NCBI GenBank assembly: GCA_963702895.1
Contig: OY969767.1
Location: 768,001 to 832,000, forward strand
Length of the DNA stretch: 64,000 bases
Source: an uncultured Elusimicrobia bacterium
Lineage (GTDB): Bacteria > Elusimicrobiota > Elusimicrobia > 2-01-FULL-59-12
Direction of reading: 5' to 3'
Below, piece after piece: positions 18,001 through 23,800 of this stretch (position 1 is the stretch's first letter; each line of letters opens with the position of its first letter). The notes beneath the pieces are model-generated. The model made no database searches, was not told where the DNA came from, and was given only the letters and a program-made list of their open reading frames with translations. A program made the position numbers and the translations under genes.

Positions 18001-20685
18001 GTGGGAAGCGGCACCATCCCGCTGGAAGTGCTCTACGTGGAACAGGAGGGGATGCCGGTGCTCTTCCTCTATGACCCGACGGGCCACCTCTTCCATACGC
18101 TCTACCAAAAGCCCAAGCCCGAATCGCTGGGGGGCTATGTCGAGGCGATTGTCTTGCCGCGCGCGGCCTACGAAATATCGCTTCGGCTCGGGATCCAGTT
18201 TGAGGCCTATCACTTCAACGACTGGCAGACCGCGCTCGGACCGGTGCTCCTGCACGAAGCCTACCGCGACGCGACGTGGGCTCTGGGTCACCGGCCGGCC
18301 GCGATCTTTACCGTTCATAATCTGGAATATCAGGGGATCTTCTCCGGCTGGCTCGGGCAGATGAATCCGGAACTGGTCGATGCGGAACTCTTACGCTATC
18401 TGGCAGAGCGAGGGGCGATTCCGGACTCCTGGGACGGCGATCTGTTTGCCTTGACCGGAATGTCCAGAACTGTCCGCGACAATGTGGAAAACGGCCTGGA
18501 GTACTATTCCAACCATTGGCCGGGGCAGCACAATCTGATGAAAGGCGCACTCCTTTACGCGGACCGGATTCCCTTCGTGAGCGCCGGGCACGCCGAGGAG
18601 GCGCGCACCACTCGCGGCTATTATCTCGAAGGTGTGGTGAACCGCGTTTGGGCTAAGGTGGTCGCGCTCTACAACGGGATTCGCGCGGACCGCCACCGGC
18701 CGCAGAATCTAGCCGCTCTGGACGAAAAGGGAACAGGCGCGCGAGGCGCGCGCTACCGGTTCACACGGCCGAAAAAGAATGGCAAGATCGTGAATTTCGA
18801 CAAAATGAAGGATGAAGAGCTCCTGGAATGGAAGCTGGCAAACAAGGCCGCGCTACAGAGAAAGCTTGGGCTGGACGAAGACCCCAACGCGCTGATCATG
18901 GGATTTGTCAGCCGGTTGGTGAAACAGAAGGGATTCAACATCCTGATGGAAAAGATGCCCAGCGGCAAGACCTTCTTGCAGGACATACTGGACACCCGTG
19001 ACGCGCAGGGTCACAAAGTCCAGATCGTGATCGAGGCGACGGCGCCGAAGACGGATACGATGGGCCAGGCGCAGGCCGCGTTCCTGCGGGAATTTGTCAG
19101 GCTCCATCCGGAATACGCACGCCAGTTTGTGTTTGTCGAGGAATTTAATCCGGCATTGGCCAAGCAGATCGGCGCGGGATCAGACCTGATGGGTATGTTC
19201 TCCATTGATGAGCCGGGGGGCATCGCCAACCAGGAATGGGCGCTGCTTCTGGCCAAGGTGATCGTGACCGACCGGGGCGGTTTAAAGGACTTCATCCTGC
19301 ATCATGGGTCCCCCCTGAAGGTCGTCGAGGGCTTTGGAATTGGAACAGGTTTGACAGACCGGCAACAGCGGCTCCGGACCGCCAATCAAATTCTTGATCG
19401 GATCAAGGATCAGATGTGGATGTATCACCACGATTCCGCCAGTCGCGCGAAATACGTTGCGGAGCTGAGGCAGTTGTCCCATTTCAACCCGGACTGGGGC
19501 GACCGCGCCAAGACCTATGTGCGGGCGTATGCCGAGGCGATCCGCGCGGTCCAAGCGGAAACGGCGGCGGCCGGCAAGGAGAGGAGGGGCGCCATCATTC
19601 GGGCCATGAAGAGGCTGCGGCTCGAGATCGGGATGCATAAGGATACCGCCGGCAGGGCCTACGCCAGCCAGAGCAACGAAGAATTGGTGCGCCGCGCCAA
19701 GGTCCTGATCGGCGAAAGAATCATGCCGGGAACTGATCAGGTGGCGGTTCTGGAGGCCCTGCAGCGCGAGGTGCCGGGAACGAATGTCCCCCGCATCTTC
19801 CTGATGGAAAATCGATTGGATCTCGCGGAAGGCGCGGCCGCGGCGGGCGCTGATGTGTTGAGCGGCTCCAACTTCAGCGAGGACTTTGTGAGGACTTTCC
19901 GGAGCCGCTTCCAGAACGTCGTCTTGATCGCCGAAGTTTCAAACGCCAGTCCGGATATCGAAGCGGACCTGCGCGCGGCGGAGGCGAGCGGCGTTGACGG
20001 GGTCATGCTCAAGCCTTGGAAAGACTGGAAACGGGATCGCCCGACGGGCGAGCTTTCACTCCAGGGGATTAAGGACAGGTATCCGAATTTTCAGTTGGTC
20101 ATCGCCGGTGGGATTTTTCAGGATCAGGTGGCGGATGCTTTGAGGGTTTCGGATGATGTCGTGGTGGCGGTCGGTACGACTCCGGAAGGGTTTGAAGCGC
20201 AGTTGCCGCAGTACGTGGAGAGGGTCCGAGAAGTGTTGTCAGGGCACAAGTCGCTTTGGACGGCCTTCGTCGCGCTGGCGGGTTCATTATCGATGGGCGC
20301 ACTTGCCGGCGGTCTGGGGATGGTTCTCCAGAGCGGCCGGATCGTGGATGGTGCGGTCGTGTGGGCCATCGCCAGCGCTCTCTTGTTCGGCTTGGACCTT
20401 CTCTTCATGGGGCTTGTGGGATCGACTACGATCGGTGAACGGCGCCCGGATGGATCCATTTGGGTTCACCCCGGACTGCCTGGTTTCGCGGCCCGCCGCG
20501 TCGCCTGGCATGAGAAGCTGGTGCACGCCGTTCCCGGCGGCGACGCGGCGGATTTCTTGGTCGCGCCGCTCGCGGACTGGGCGGCGGTCGCGCTCGCGGC
20601 GCTGGGATTGGGTGTTGCCCCGGACCGAGAAGTCTTGTGGCCGGACTGGACAGAAGGAATCAACAGGGTGCGATCCGCCGCATAA
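1..20685 (+). CDS. Giant multidomain membrane protein (ORF1), 5'-truncated by the window edge, >6,890 aa
   Basis: Frame 1 is open from base 1 (GAC TCC TCC GGC...) through the GTG at 85 to TAA at 20683-20685. Contains RHS-like repeats, SLT, many TM helices, GT48-like, GH-A, methyltransferase, GT5 and aldolase-like barrel domains. Confidence 0.93.
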   Translation, partial: DSSGRPHQLLRRYQTQRALSDDPGRKYWVPVEVTDVLKDDWSRLEFYNARGNLVELYEPSASDKHSRDGIHWTRVERDRQGRETSRDVYYSASGAMPRVARVDDQGRPVYEPAELARLEHMLHASIGGTYQGAPIQRYNPADGSANVIMEDLVRHQTSLERYSVNGRLSERTVGREQTFFDASKPVEWPTHKIDTVSGERLEEYVVINDPKEMERYGRPAKAGIDYNIVSSGVILVRSHVTLSSRVEIYELARVTRRVATQGTLTEITNITYRPNGIEEAYDVTVSKDGRTIERRHVEDLWWEPGTGIGHGTETKLDTGEKVSRLVDINGHLLAEFSVGRDFGTLTFVDRDPKTNHESGRRTYGLHRNAVNLDPVDRENLTLAKLIALSSNPSLAQLRSGSGPPVYHVDGTVTVPMWDVQVDENGNAVGKEFRVDHRDSLGRLLRQERGDFTIEFDPAQPVEVPLFKYRTADPKKTPVETYEVRLHRTLLGRLTLGLFGRITGTTVVTRDLLHNQTYEDSYDLFDPYQDRHTVRDVAHGVTGVSTPVFNSFGLRTGTLTVYTSPEGQETTETQIERGGTQEDPSTITREDNLTTGLSLRRQTDASGRVVKEATVNAKFNTVTFVDYDSAGEEAARRTYPVPGGMSIDPEAFARLSEREVVFALLGPERGALAMADRVSRPTLIRSEAPRYRADGSFDQVQYDAVYDENGEFMGEIRKEQVRSRLGRLVTEKVGVPATGIYVTTYNARWSVAFPVEKTADGHPMERYTLRLGPGIPGFDWTAAILDVRNTRDNKQWTDTYDVFVGLVEHAIAGTQNGASATERTRPLRNALGIVIGGETFFEYENGESIKIYDDRNVGVNAERQEVTVRRRMTAPASVRGERLREITPYDALILQAAGDTGVSERLLKSIMQVESSFIETAQSEKGAKGLMQLHLPEGDAEAAEFWRTNYGVSDPFNPEQNVRAGSRYFRDLLERFNGDTDKALAAYNAGPGAVERAAKKWAAQVPGRDWRQAAFDQLFPYLPVETQSYVFKVTDLEAGSPAPVGTANLVNGSIVYDVENRRINSGSDLVGISNARFTSGIHLEHATGRHTSTQIQRATGRVVVTTMLDPRTQTSESTFWYDHARQIEASRRVQRLNIFDRPESTQASISLNGTRQFRTVSNLTYNRRIPTAVGMALTLPADPVTGEPVSLRDLAQRDPAHLKSSLLPQLTRDTVSVMSGGLTSVDRVNLVTGQAANETRLYGDWLMDRTDPEAWEQEITSYDMDRGFSYPVFTVNGLGELIKRYTVREITLDGRIVLEVTAHKLEPQLKQGPKGQLTPEEARRPAIDTVFAFLEPTGLDRASEAFNFHEARELNARGDETESTKRRTRFKHKDPVTGETQETPWFESSSFPRKRGEISGHVEVETVENGSELQVTLRTGNRISTAGERYVDAQHFQIVVERDGAVQLQPTGGLIPEAVLESEVTIQVDGRMVLVDTLRALVNRNLRISAPKYRGGTEALGSAVVVRLTGAAGTFLPDDVADRQRILTQTQDLVFDTTFRREFDLRGRITKREIAIPSAEPQETTRDGLVSVQQRPEGSNWYTTEFDYGARKDSLYEQMAMRVNDQVIDRASLNRDAQGGARVTRAGDLNLPAEVMQALHWTQNSRLVSYRHVVPDRQNPNEPSVARYFDEYVLPNSGYGTIMVEITPAGTQGRHWTLVRTFPGTDIWFRSTLYYRNNQGQLEWIKRAELNVDNRGVPGVAPELLVERVTDPLLRQGLERFIDTTITTRWGHTYHEITVPYHPVGRLAYSFLDGNWAINTENSRGDFLGVVSRVNPTDGRAYQVTQTEPLIPTGTGSPVLSAPIGFDRDGHKIYLTHAVAKSFGWRQGDLRSAAGYFLNPNQRWYVMQRDQDVLNRIDKEIRGDYTLVNIYLDYPSDQHPHNLSIDRLDPVARRRAEAAGIKHSAVPFMTLIFDNRGKSPEDVLRMTTAEFLSSNGVDNFLRRQGIQAKGLEGIKEWAARPATSIDDLGTMPGVMVAKRWAGNTNLLVDHVSGLPMSMLNRFEGTEVASRFARRLTGKDLRTVVSELAGTLDPAKQQIALTQIKGLKDDAIAPDVLTRALRLLDPKLARRLDELTKPPSRQETTKVNIYESRDDKEKSLRFEAFRASGQSLWSVYEGSSDSPGHKRLFFDEYGEPVADEVISTIELGNILAERLAPYPFNIYDIVYEPLEGGGINPNIAMVYAYDVRPTAGNLLQRYLLGPVNGIPWQRWEYGRLTEVVHNFWITETKSGAPGPQGIVGQILAPQNRGLWDRVRRSPTGQIIGRTYDSFADFVQRNFDLIKKALPNENAVQNPPKTPSAQVPQTPPAPASPVRTPVQVAPPQGTPPPGRGGEAQNQTATPNPETTGSRTKTAARILTVALAVLLGGAQTLLAQTVVPAATGLPEKLSMPSHLLHMPNVALDSNAMLTAACAILVGAWALNRIRRRIGQIRAIPSRPDLNVAPERLTVNELLASPDPQTFRANLSRAFPEVNRGLQQLMDQNLLTPEKLRTVIADQARTMGEGDLRGLLNERYLGLEVLQKVIDDIYRPMINGYFNEYGLTENEEDWARLGILKTDPVVRNRPLDIRDDITRKMLDRIREGLLVDPRDPRENPVAVQRDDGYPGDDGLTVRVRRSVQEEASGWVDYSLRRFHREQLFGFLVGGHQLQQGFLEHTLLDADLFEQRLRDEGRAGQGRTPPTGWLSEILTRTRDKAWREMFVLTVELNEQLSARIRKGFGMNDRTLQRIDGPQEQIWRLLLEEEYWNYLFDYVGFNDPYEVLGVTKAHLESLVVDRAGTTLGDLLSRRGYNREIDPANIRDGQTTWTNLAPSAVPSAALLRRLMQGLSPSQRTVLVQEIVDTKFIPFLIAHWKGGLNVKEVRAIAAEMNLEPAIMAQVNDILRRHLDTLRGQGIDVDRYGDYQMVPEDAIRTAMEAGVQREVVEPGAGPLGDIKRLHSSLRRGLQPQLKSEVEQAVRMKLLPQFETFPRRYFNPVRLPLFWKSGVRWALTAGASIFFSLWSVGQPFLGIASPFGRLFSDVLGVVAVRHARWLLVPLFDSGSGWTIGSLLIIGLVAMPLACAVSYLLWRLVLRFEAPINRGVAGWVARHGRGRPGLINEMLEQHIDPRFRWAGEGLSTEEWNKLSPESQEWIRQSIRGLRFWIGRLLPAFAITMLTLMSIYAVPAVEAQTGLGPVLFNIFAMGGMYVLWALFTYVLVRAFGMMGQAFVAARSHREVGRFTVPTRWELQQSLNLFRSRAGITTPQPASFWRNLARPLTLAVIVLGLLGMLAALFGFPGTDWLNTVLWQWISQAATFQGQPLATAGFGQLPDITVTVRGLLASASGLVAAMGAVYAWARHREMSKRFGFYNYQLAGMSEERTRARSIKLYARVVDKLLEKSRISAEQHRMLRQYVVPRGLTEEAEEELKFFMNTFFTKRDGKEGVPEAALPWEAAPHLVDQLQSYTEIVSPTIAGLTALVGYNAGAPLDPQKNPAPGARAYAQEIQNFAIKIYPADWRHFVDRMRQIKGRWLEDVQRQHGVGSPEALEAERKIDADIAALASLDENTVLMVLNDPAHLTPDEEKLQRAFALAGYPHVALMHAGNAPLIEEIILWTTPKMAVVRRAVESAMLTRQVMREWAEEELADTPEAVALRSRFGPDLDIEGRENPERAALRRKLRIWVDAMTDQGRKAKLLDELNRTGWMTLTWLTDTEFNSLLAMRDPQAPGRPLLSNDEDRYLRLDRTINQVLEERYQMNYNAGRVDRDWLRETAQRPDYQRTVQYNGLSEGGLTQNYTWDQLNDYHFEHPDRIDGLTLLESLMAAYPGEWVRFVDWLRDRSPNADVRREVGEKRDTLAHGDLDGISQALRDQFTLWANVHPGFHISTDYMGNDPTDWARLMGTGMLRFNESLAPYKASLWTTTARYLTSAVFYNDATQHREFDRTLLIPNVMSEWNKPQYGFMLMPMDVAARDLTPVKASQSIGERTWTFMVQLGMALRGMVLFYGRGGGGKVDLLVRSRRPMHSTSRTPALPAASLPTTTPSSAPSIAKVIVALVLVGYTVAVLSGFVGPPNFTVTLLIPMVAVSLFGRSSRSAAIRKQDPLRTPASHTVKYLWNLRSSFLPFSLIAEDAYAAMMQIVEGSWVFYTQAISFFGDKPPTVGAAMNPEMKYVADMGELVNRLAAKRMAYSPTVPLNVKQVQQFTPGAFYGIKLAVLALNVAFNVLAILLPLDPAHSFPVPWLFVGQGGYLSQAINIATVLLLNFKLGAPLGLLTFLGGVAINPGYFWMFTLLIPLYVWSQSAWGMTGLFDFRMTARVPPNAPIGIRDMYRLHHLGIMLAAPLLLLMHNFAAYHPIVFWVTGLQYVLMLVGWIIAPQILNPREERVQSVRNRLVPVAVMTVVGVYAGLLLGYSGALYLALGWAAMKLIFYRDTLKQVRGHTSDVDSLAIIALSIASYGNPVLFLLPLAWVLMERNRRHWLIEHPRTAARMVWNFILRRGAWDGRVFNGYLPNSLRMAGWGLADVAMFIFGGQEITLDGVRAVRLISFGPQWLQDMTVVRPIDPNPDYLRWNWNPMVAARGRFRGMGLLLFASSFLVWFGASMELVLSAFLVYAALRFGMFVYRIRLTRELRGIVDDWYAQRRIRGYATLTAQEIHDEIARDPRLGPRLRRIEPLRGAARSRTQRLIDDALQFDRSTTLCAIFDERFAYSLETLTHELKMVRESSTLYKILPTMSVASQHYQSVTPPAPVPPAVNQGRRRFLKLTGAAAAAVATAGAYKALNSLSEWGAGKVKEIKPGVENWAFPGMSVAPEALFTSAPNAAKSVVMTEDRQSGPQWMVDGRRILMRQGVAYQPVEPDERYYENYVSPNRLDVLYAKLLPKEEIAELVRTNPYFNGFEGQGRNDVQDLAQIGITAIRIYQMPIPEDDDMAKWSLQERFEVLRFKEIMRRVAARGIHVYVSEDLGVTRRSPKAADEAWIQARVEKLGRIYGDEPWLAAISLSNENERFLPGGDAHEVRVNMEPAAYYAMMNRAAEKLKAVISRKGASRPIFLGHGDPNPEAVRQFSRLSAFDGIGFNLYTNPGAVPGLRAQVQNATAGRRVPLHLVAAEFGQLAPTFRGLTNRERAAFRAESFEAWITALENDHWASHMAFEYTDEREKASDEGVGADKYGIRGIEVINNVFKKHAEPPLPAAAPVPSAAAPVPSAAAPAERPRVDPVSVRNSGRNADGGPFFGLLARLASPAGAVVGATLVVGIMAWLIRIRIHRRTQGNAQGPTLRDEEPPPGSPPLPEDVSSEEPTPAGTSPRDPNPSMGPTDNPERPPRADAQTVEGDPIGNDHGTPIMRIVLRAAGLLKQLDQPSPNLPLLRDQYRELERDAREAGVDRSNLVSGALENLRTRLGRTPESSPQRVGDETQDLDEWPISSRNTFAAAFISSIVALTPFALAYAGVKIAGLPGDPLYRLAIVLALVPAYAALRVYGRMAWAIRQAKRQAIREVEQGKKGQYPLDPILAAAESFDPRQNPKDLSGAMEEYRTYMAFTLGGQIHADKAALSHIPPELQAQIVSHELAHVQQDRAGVVRFREVRAFWAELKESLREDFGFDLDRLLTRRFGLGSLVTLVLMALGAPPVSMAAMPPAHRPLGTNDIHRYLSSLDVSNGVFSPGDISTIILLESMAAQADRFRGARVLDLMAGSGALSLYAAQLGAREVVSVDIDPQALEDTRHNARAFGFADRIRAVQKDVIHDRFDDLGQFDIILFSPPPLYIEGVTTSLADRLKELPAHAVDSDARILDRVVQQDGIAQSALTPDGHMIAFLAYMTPVLERIRDGGFDRHLLRPVSLDFGGYAAFEIRRQGTPAQPSQRDPSNGSVDTSFPQRVDGGPTSDSTRRTNINAAVKKRLVDYLAAARARDSFGVLNTAMEMPVLTIAGKELKQPGPGGGGQGVVLKEQPQEVGKQGVATAVLSQLPKAFVEEHYQGSIEKFLADYDQGQKLMDIEIPVGSGTIPLEVLYVEQEGMPVLFLYDPTGHLFHTLYQKPKPESLGGYVEAIVLPRAAYEISLRLGIQFEAYHFNDWQTALGPVLLHEAYRDATWALGHRPAAIFTVHNLEYQGIFSGWLGQMNPELVDAELLRYLAERGAIPDSWDGDLFALTGMSRTVRDNVENGLEYYSNHWPGQHNLMKGALLYADRIPFVSAGHAEEARTTRGYYLEGVVNRVWAKVVALYNGIRADRHRPQNLAALDEKGTGARGARYRFTRPKKNGKIVNFDKMKDEELLEWKLANKAALQRKLGLDEDPNALIMGFVSRLVKQKGFNILMEKMPSGKTFLQDILDTRDAQGHKVQIVIEATAPKTDTMGQAQAAFLREFVRLHPEYARQFVFVEEFNPALAKQIGAGSDLMGMFSIDEPGGIANQEWALLLAKVIVTDRGGLKDFILHHGSPLKVVEGFGIGTGLTDRQQRLRTANQILDRIKDQMWMYHHDSASRAKYVAELRQLSHFNPDWGDRAKTYVRAYAEAIRAVQAETAAAGKERRGAIIRAMKRLRLEIGMHKDTAGRAYASQSNEELVRRAKVLIGERIMPGTDQVAVLEALQREVPGTNVPRIFLMENRLDLAEGAAAAGADVLSGSNFSEDFVRTFRSRFQNVVLIAEVSNASPDIEADLRAAEASGVDGVMLKPWKDWKRDRPTGELSLQGIKDRYPNFQLVIAGGIFQDQVADALRVSDDVVVAVGTTPEGFEAQLPQYVERVREVLSGHKSLWTAFVALAGSLSMGALAGGLGMVLQSGRIVDGAVVWAIASALLFGLDLLFMGLVGSTTIGERRPDGSIWVHPGLPGFAARRVAWHEKLVHAVPGGDAADFLVAPLADWAAVALAALGLGVAPDREVLWPDWTEGINRVRSAA
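130..6800 (+). other. ORF1 domain: RHS/YD-like beta-strand repeat region with about 280-aa super-repeats
   Basis: Recurrent motifs RDRQGRETS, DINGHLLAE, RDSLGRLLRQE, TDASGRVVKE, RSRLGRLVTE, FDLRGRITKRE; homologous blocks begin near 138, 976 and 1804. Confidence 0.6.
2659..3099 (+). other. ORF1 domain: soluble lytic transglycosylase (SLT/GH23)
   Basis: PYDALILQAA...IMQVESSF (catalytic Glu)...SEKGAKGLMQL...NVRAGSRY...ALAAYNAGPGAV...ETQSYV, the canonical SLT motifs in order. Confidence 0.93.
10290..13170 (+). other. ORF1 domain: FKS1/callose synthase-like (GT48-like) 1,3-beta-glucan synthase region
   Basis: Ordered motifs EAEEELKFFMNT, IYPADWRHF, LTLLESLMAAYPGEWVRF, NDATQHREFDRTLLIPNVMSEW, GERTW..VLFYG, AEDAYAAM, KYVADMGEL, IAPQILNP, followed by multiple TM helices. 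Confidence 0.7.
14520..15560 (+). other. ORF1 domain: clan GH-A (beta/alpha)8 glycoside hydrolase/transglycosylase (GH72/GH2/GH5-like)
   Basis: GVAYQP, DVQDLAQIGITAIRIY, ISLSNE (acid/base), DGIGFNLY, VAAEFG (nucleophile), MAFEYTDE; preceded by the Tat-like GRRRFLK motif at 14287-14307. Confidence 0.75.
16980..17560 (+). other. ORF1 domain: class I SAM-dependent methyltransferase
   Basis: RVLDLMAGSGALSLYAAQLGAREVVSVDID...FDIILFSPPP. Confidence 0.85.
17760..19545 (+). other. ORF1 domain: glycogen/starch synthase-like (GT5)
   Basis: GGGGQGVV, HFNDWQTAL, FTVHNLEYQG, NLMKGALLYAD, YNGI, NKAALQRKLGL, FVSRLVKQKG, EPGGIAN, GGLKD. Confidence 0.88.
19700..20240 (+). other. ORF1 domain: ribulose-phosphate-binding barrel (KDPG aldolase/HPS-like)
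   Basis: AAAAGADVLS, LIAEV, AAEASGVDGVMLKP, LVIAGGI, VVVAVG pattern. Confidence 0.5.
20491..20609 (+). repeat. Coding repeat copy 1 (ARRVAWHEKLVHAVPGGxAADFxVAPxADW)
   Basis: The 52-bp stretch gcccgccgcgtcgcctggcatgagaagctggtgcacgccgttcccggcggcg is identical in all three copies. Confidence 0.95.
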
Positions 20686-20720
20686 ATAGTTGTACTGAGT
20701 GACGTCGCCCCGGCATGTTG

Positions 20721-20772
20721 TCCCCCTTGAGTCCGGGGGACTGTCCCTTCCTTTAAATTTAGAGGAAGGGGA
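20721..20772 (-). repeat. TCCC/GGGACAGTCCC/GGGA double-hairpin mini-element (reverse orientation)
   Basis: TCCC...GGGACTGTCCC...GGGA lies inside the ccccggc/gccgggg stem after ORF1. Confidence 0.6.
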
Positions 20773-20880
20773 CGTTAGCCGGGGATCTTCGGTTGTATGT
20801 ACCTCCCTCGCCCGCGGGACGCGGGAGAGGGAACGAAAAATGTGAGGATGACATCTTGTGATGACGTGTCAGGAGATCCA

Positions 20881-23800
20881 TTGAAAACATTGCATTCCTT
20901 TATAGCTCTTGTCCTTTCGGTGGTGCTGATCGCCCAACCTGCGGCGGCGTCTTGGCCGCCGCATTCTCAAGCGAGCGGCTCCCAGACTGTCCTTTCAGAA
21001 TCTTCTCCACAGGAACGTGTTACACAAGAAGCCCTTCTTTTGGGTGGATACTGGTTCCGCCAGGCGATCACCACGACCCAGACAGCGTTCCGACTACGTC
21101 GAGCCGTTCCTCGAAGCCTCTCCCCAGTTTTCCTCAGGACCGTCCGGTTTACGCTCGGAATCGCGGCAGCGGCTCTCTCAGGCGGGGCGCTGGGCCTGGC
21201 CTACATTGATGATGTTTACGACAACCCCACACCCAGGACCCCGGCGCCTCAAACCCCTAATTTCTACAAGAACTGGCTGGAGTTTGTGGGGGACAATTCC
21301 CCCGACTGGCAGCGCTTTAACCTTTTAGGGGCGGTGGTCCTTCAGGTGAGCGCGAAAAATGATGGGGGAATCTTTACCTTTGATCAAATCAAGCAAGACA
21401 CCTTGGATAGCTTTGAGAACCACCTCTTGCCCGCCAATGAAGAGAAGATCCAGTCGCTGCTCAGCAAGATGGTCGAATTGCATCTCGTTCGGCAGGATGC
21501 CGAAGGGCGCTATGCGCCACTGGTCGAGCCCGAGGTGATCGCGGTTAAAACGGAAAATGTCGCCTTTATCCAACGCCAGCTCGAACACGCTCTTCGCAAG
21601 GGAGCGCGCGACGGCGTGAAGGCGGAGACGCACCTGTATCAGCTCTTGGAGCATTACGCCAGGATCGTCGAGCGTTGGAAACTTGACCCGCTTGAGGCCC
21701 GCTGGCCGGTCCTGAAGGCTGTGGCGCGACTCTCCCAAGCCGATCAGACGCACCTCCTTAAATTTCTGGATGCACACGCCGACCAACTACAGCATTGGCC
21801 TCTGATGGGCTCGATGCTCCTCATGTTAAGAAGGGAATTTCCCCCCGATTGGCTCCTGAAGCATGCGCCGCACATGGTCGGACGAAATCACTATATCGTG
21901 GGGTCGGAGGGCTGGTATGCCGCGGGCGGGCTGGGCCGCGTCCTTCAGTATAATGCGGCCGCCATCCAGCACCTGGCCCAGGGCCATATGCCGGTGATCA
22001 CCATCGAGCCCTACTATTCCCACTGGCTGGACGGTCAGCGCAAGCTCCATCAAGGGCTGCGCTATGGGCCCGGGGGGCCTCTCATCACCCCTGTCGAAGG
22101 GCTTTCGGAGGTGCCCGTGATGAGCTTTGAAGTGGAGGTTAATCACCGGCAGGTCCTTGCGGAAGTCTTCGAGGGTACCAATGAATACGGCGTGAAGGTC
22201 TATCTCATCCGCGACCGGCAAATCAATCCCGCCAACGGTGAGACTGAAAGCCTGATCACACGGGTGGTCTACAATTATCGGGAAACGGACAAGCTGGCCA
22301 GTGATGAGGCGATCAGCACCGCCGAAGAGTTCACCGAGTTTATGTCCCGTGCTTCTCTTAAGCTGATCCAAAGCCTGGAAGAAAAAAAACAGGAAGCGAT
22401 GCTGGCCGCCGGAGACACGAGCTACAAAGCCCCGGTGATCAGCGTCAACGATGGCCAATTCGGGCCGTTCGCGCTCTTTAAGCGGGACCTCGACCGGGTC
22501 TGGAAGGCGCTCTCAGGCGCGGTGATTTCGTTTGTGACCCATACGTACCGGAACCGGATGTGGTTTCGCGGGGTCGATTCCTCCAGCATGGGCGCGGCCT
22601 TTGCTGATTTCGTTCAGTGTGTGGCCAGCATCCATCGTCAGGAAAAAGCCGCCCCTGCAGACCCCGACATCCGCGTGGTCGCCAATACCAATGGCGACAA
22701 CCGCGCGCTCACGCGAAGGTTGTTCCTGAAGCTCTGGACGCAGCTTTTCGGCCATGCCCATCATGAGCACCCCAGTGACGAGCAGATTCGCAAACTGAAA
22801 TACCAGGCCAAGAAACAAATGCGCTTCGACCGCACGCTCCTGGAAAGCCTTGGAATCTTTCGCGCCGATGAATATGTTCTGGATCCTGACAAGCTCGTGC
22901 TTGTTTTTACCGGCCGCCTGGATCCGGTGAAAGCCGGACGGGAACGCGCGTTGACGGATGACAACATCCGGCTCCTCGTATCCTTGGGCGTGCAGGTGGT
23001 GATCTATGGAAATATCCAAGCCACAACAAAAGAGATGTACGACGATCTCGTGCGTCTAGCCAAGGAAGTGAATCAGGTGCCTGAAGGGACTGACCCGAAG
23101 ACACGAGGCAAGCTGATTGTGCGTTCCGGATGGGGTCAGCCGGAACAGATCGAGCTTCTGGCCGCGGCGGATGTGCTCGTGGTGGACTCCGATCGCGGCA
23201 CCGAGGCCGCGGGCATTTCTGAAACGGATGGCATGGCGACCGGCTGCATTATCGTCGGTCCTGCCGGGCTGGAAGGCATCCTTCAGAAACAGGGTCTGCC
23301 GATCAATCGAGCGGAGGCCTATTCCGGCAATACGGCAATACCAGAGGAATCGACCCAGGTCGGCTATGCCAAAGTCTATCAATGGCTGCTCGAGCTCTAT
23401 GAAAAGGACCCGGTCCGATTCGCGTCCTATCAGGCGGCTTCCGTCCGCTTGAGCCGGATTCTGGAGGCGGAACTGCCCGCCGCCGAAAACCTTCGCCAAT
23501 ATGACCGGGCTGTCCAAAGAAAAGACGATCCTCTCTATCTCTTGACCGAAATCAGGCAACGCTTAACAGAGGCAGACAAATACCTGTGGTCCTATAGGGT
23601 CAAGACCGAGTTACTCAACTTCCTGGCATCCTCCCTTATTTCGCACTCCATCGCGTTCGAGAGGGAGGACATCAAGACCTCCATCATTCGATTGGAGAAC
23701 GGAGAGGTCCTTTTGCTTGCGGTGGATCGAACGGACACGCGGCCCAGCCCTTGGGGAGAGAAGAAATTTGGGCGGCTCCTTTTCAACGCCTCAGTCGACG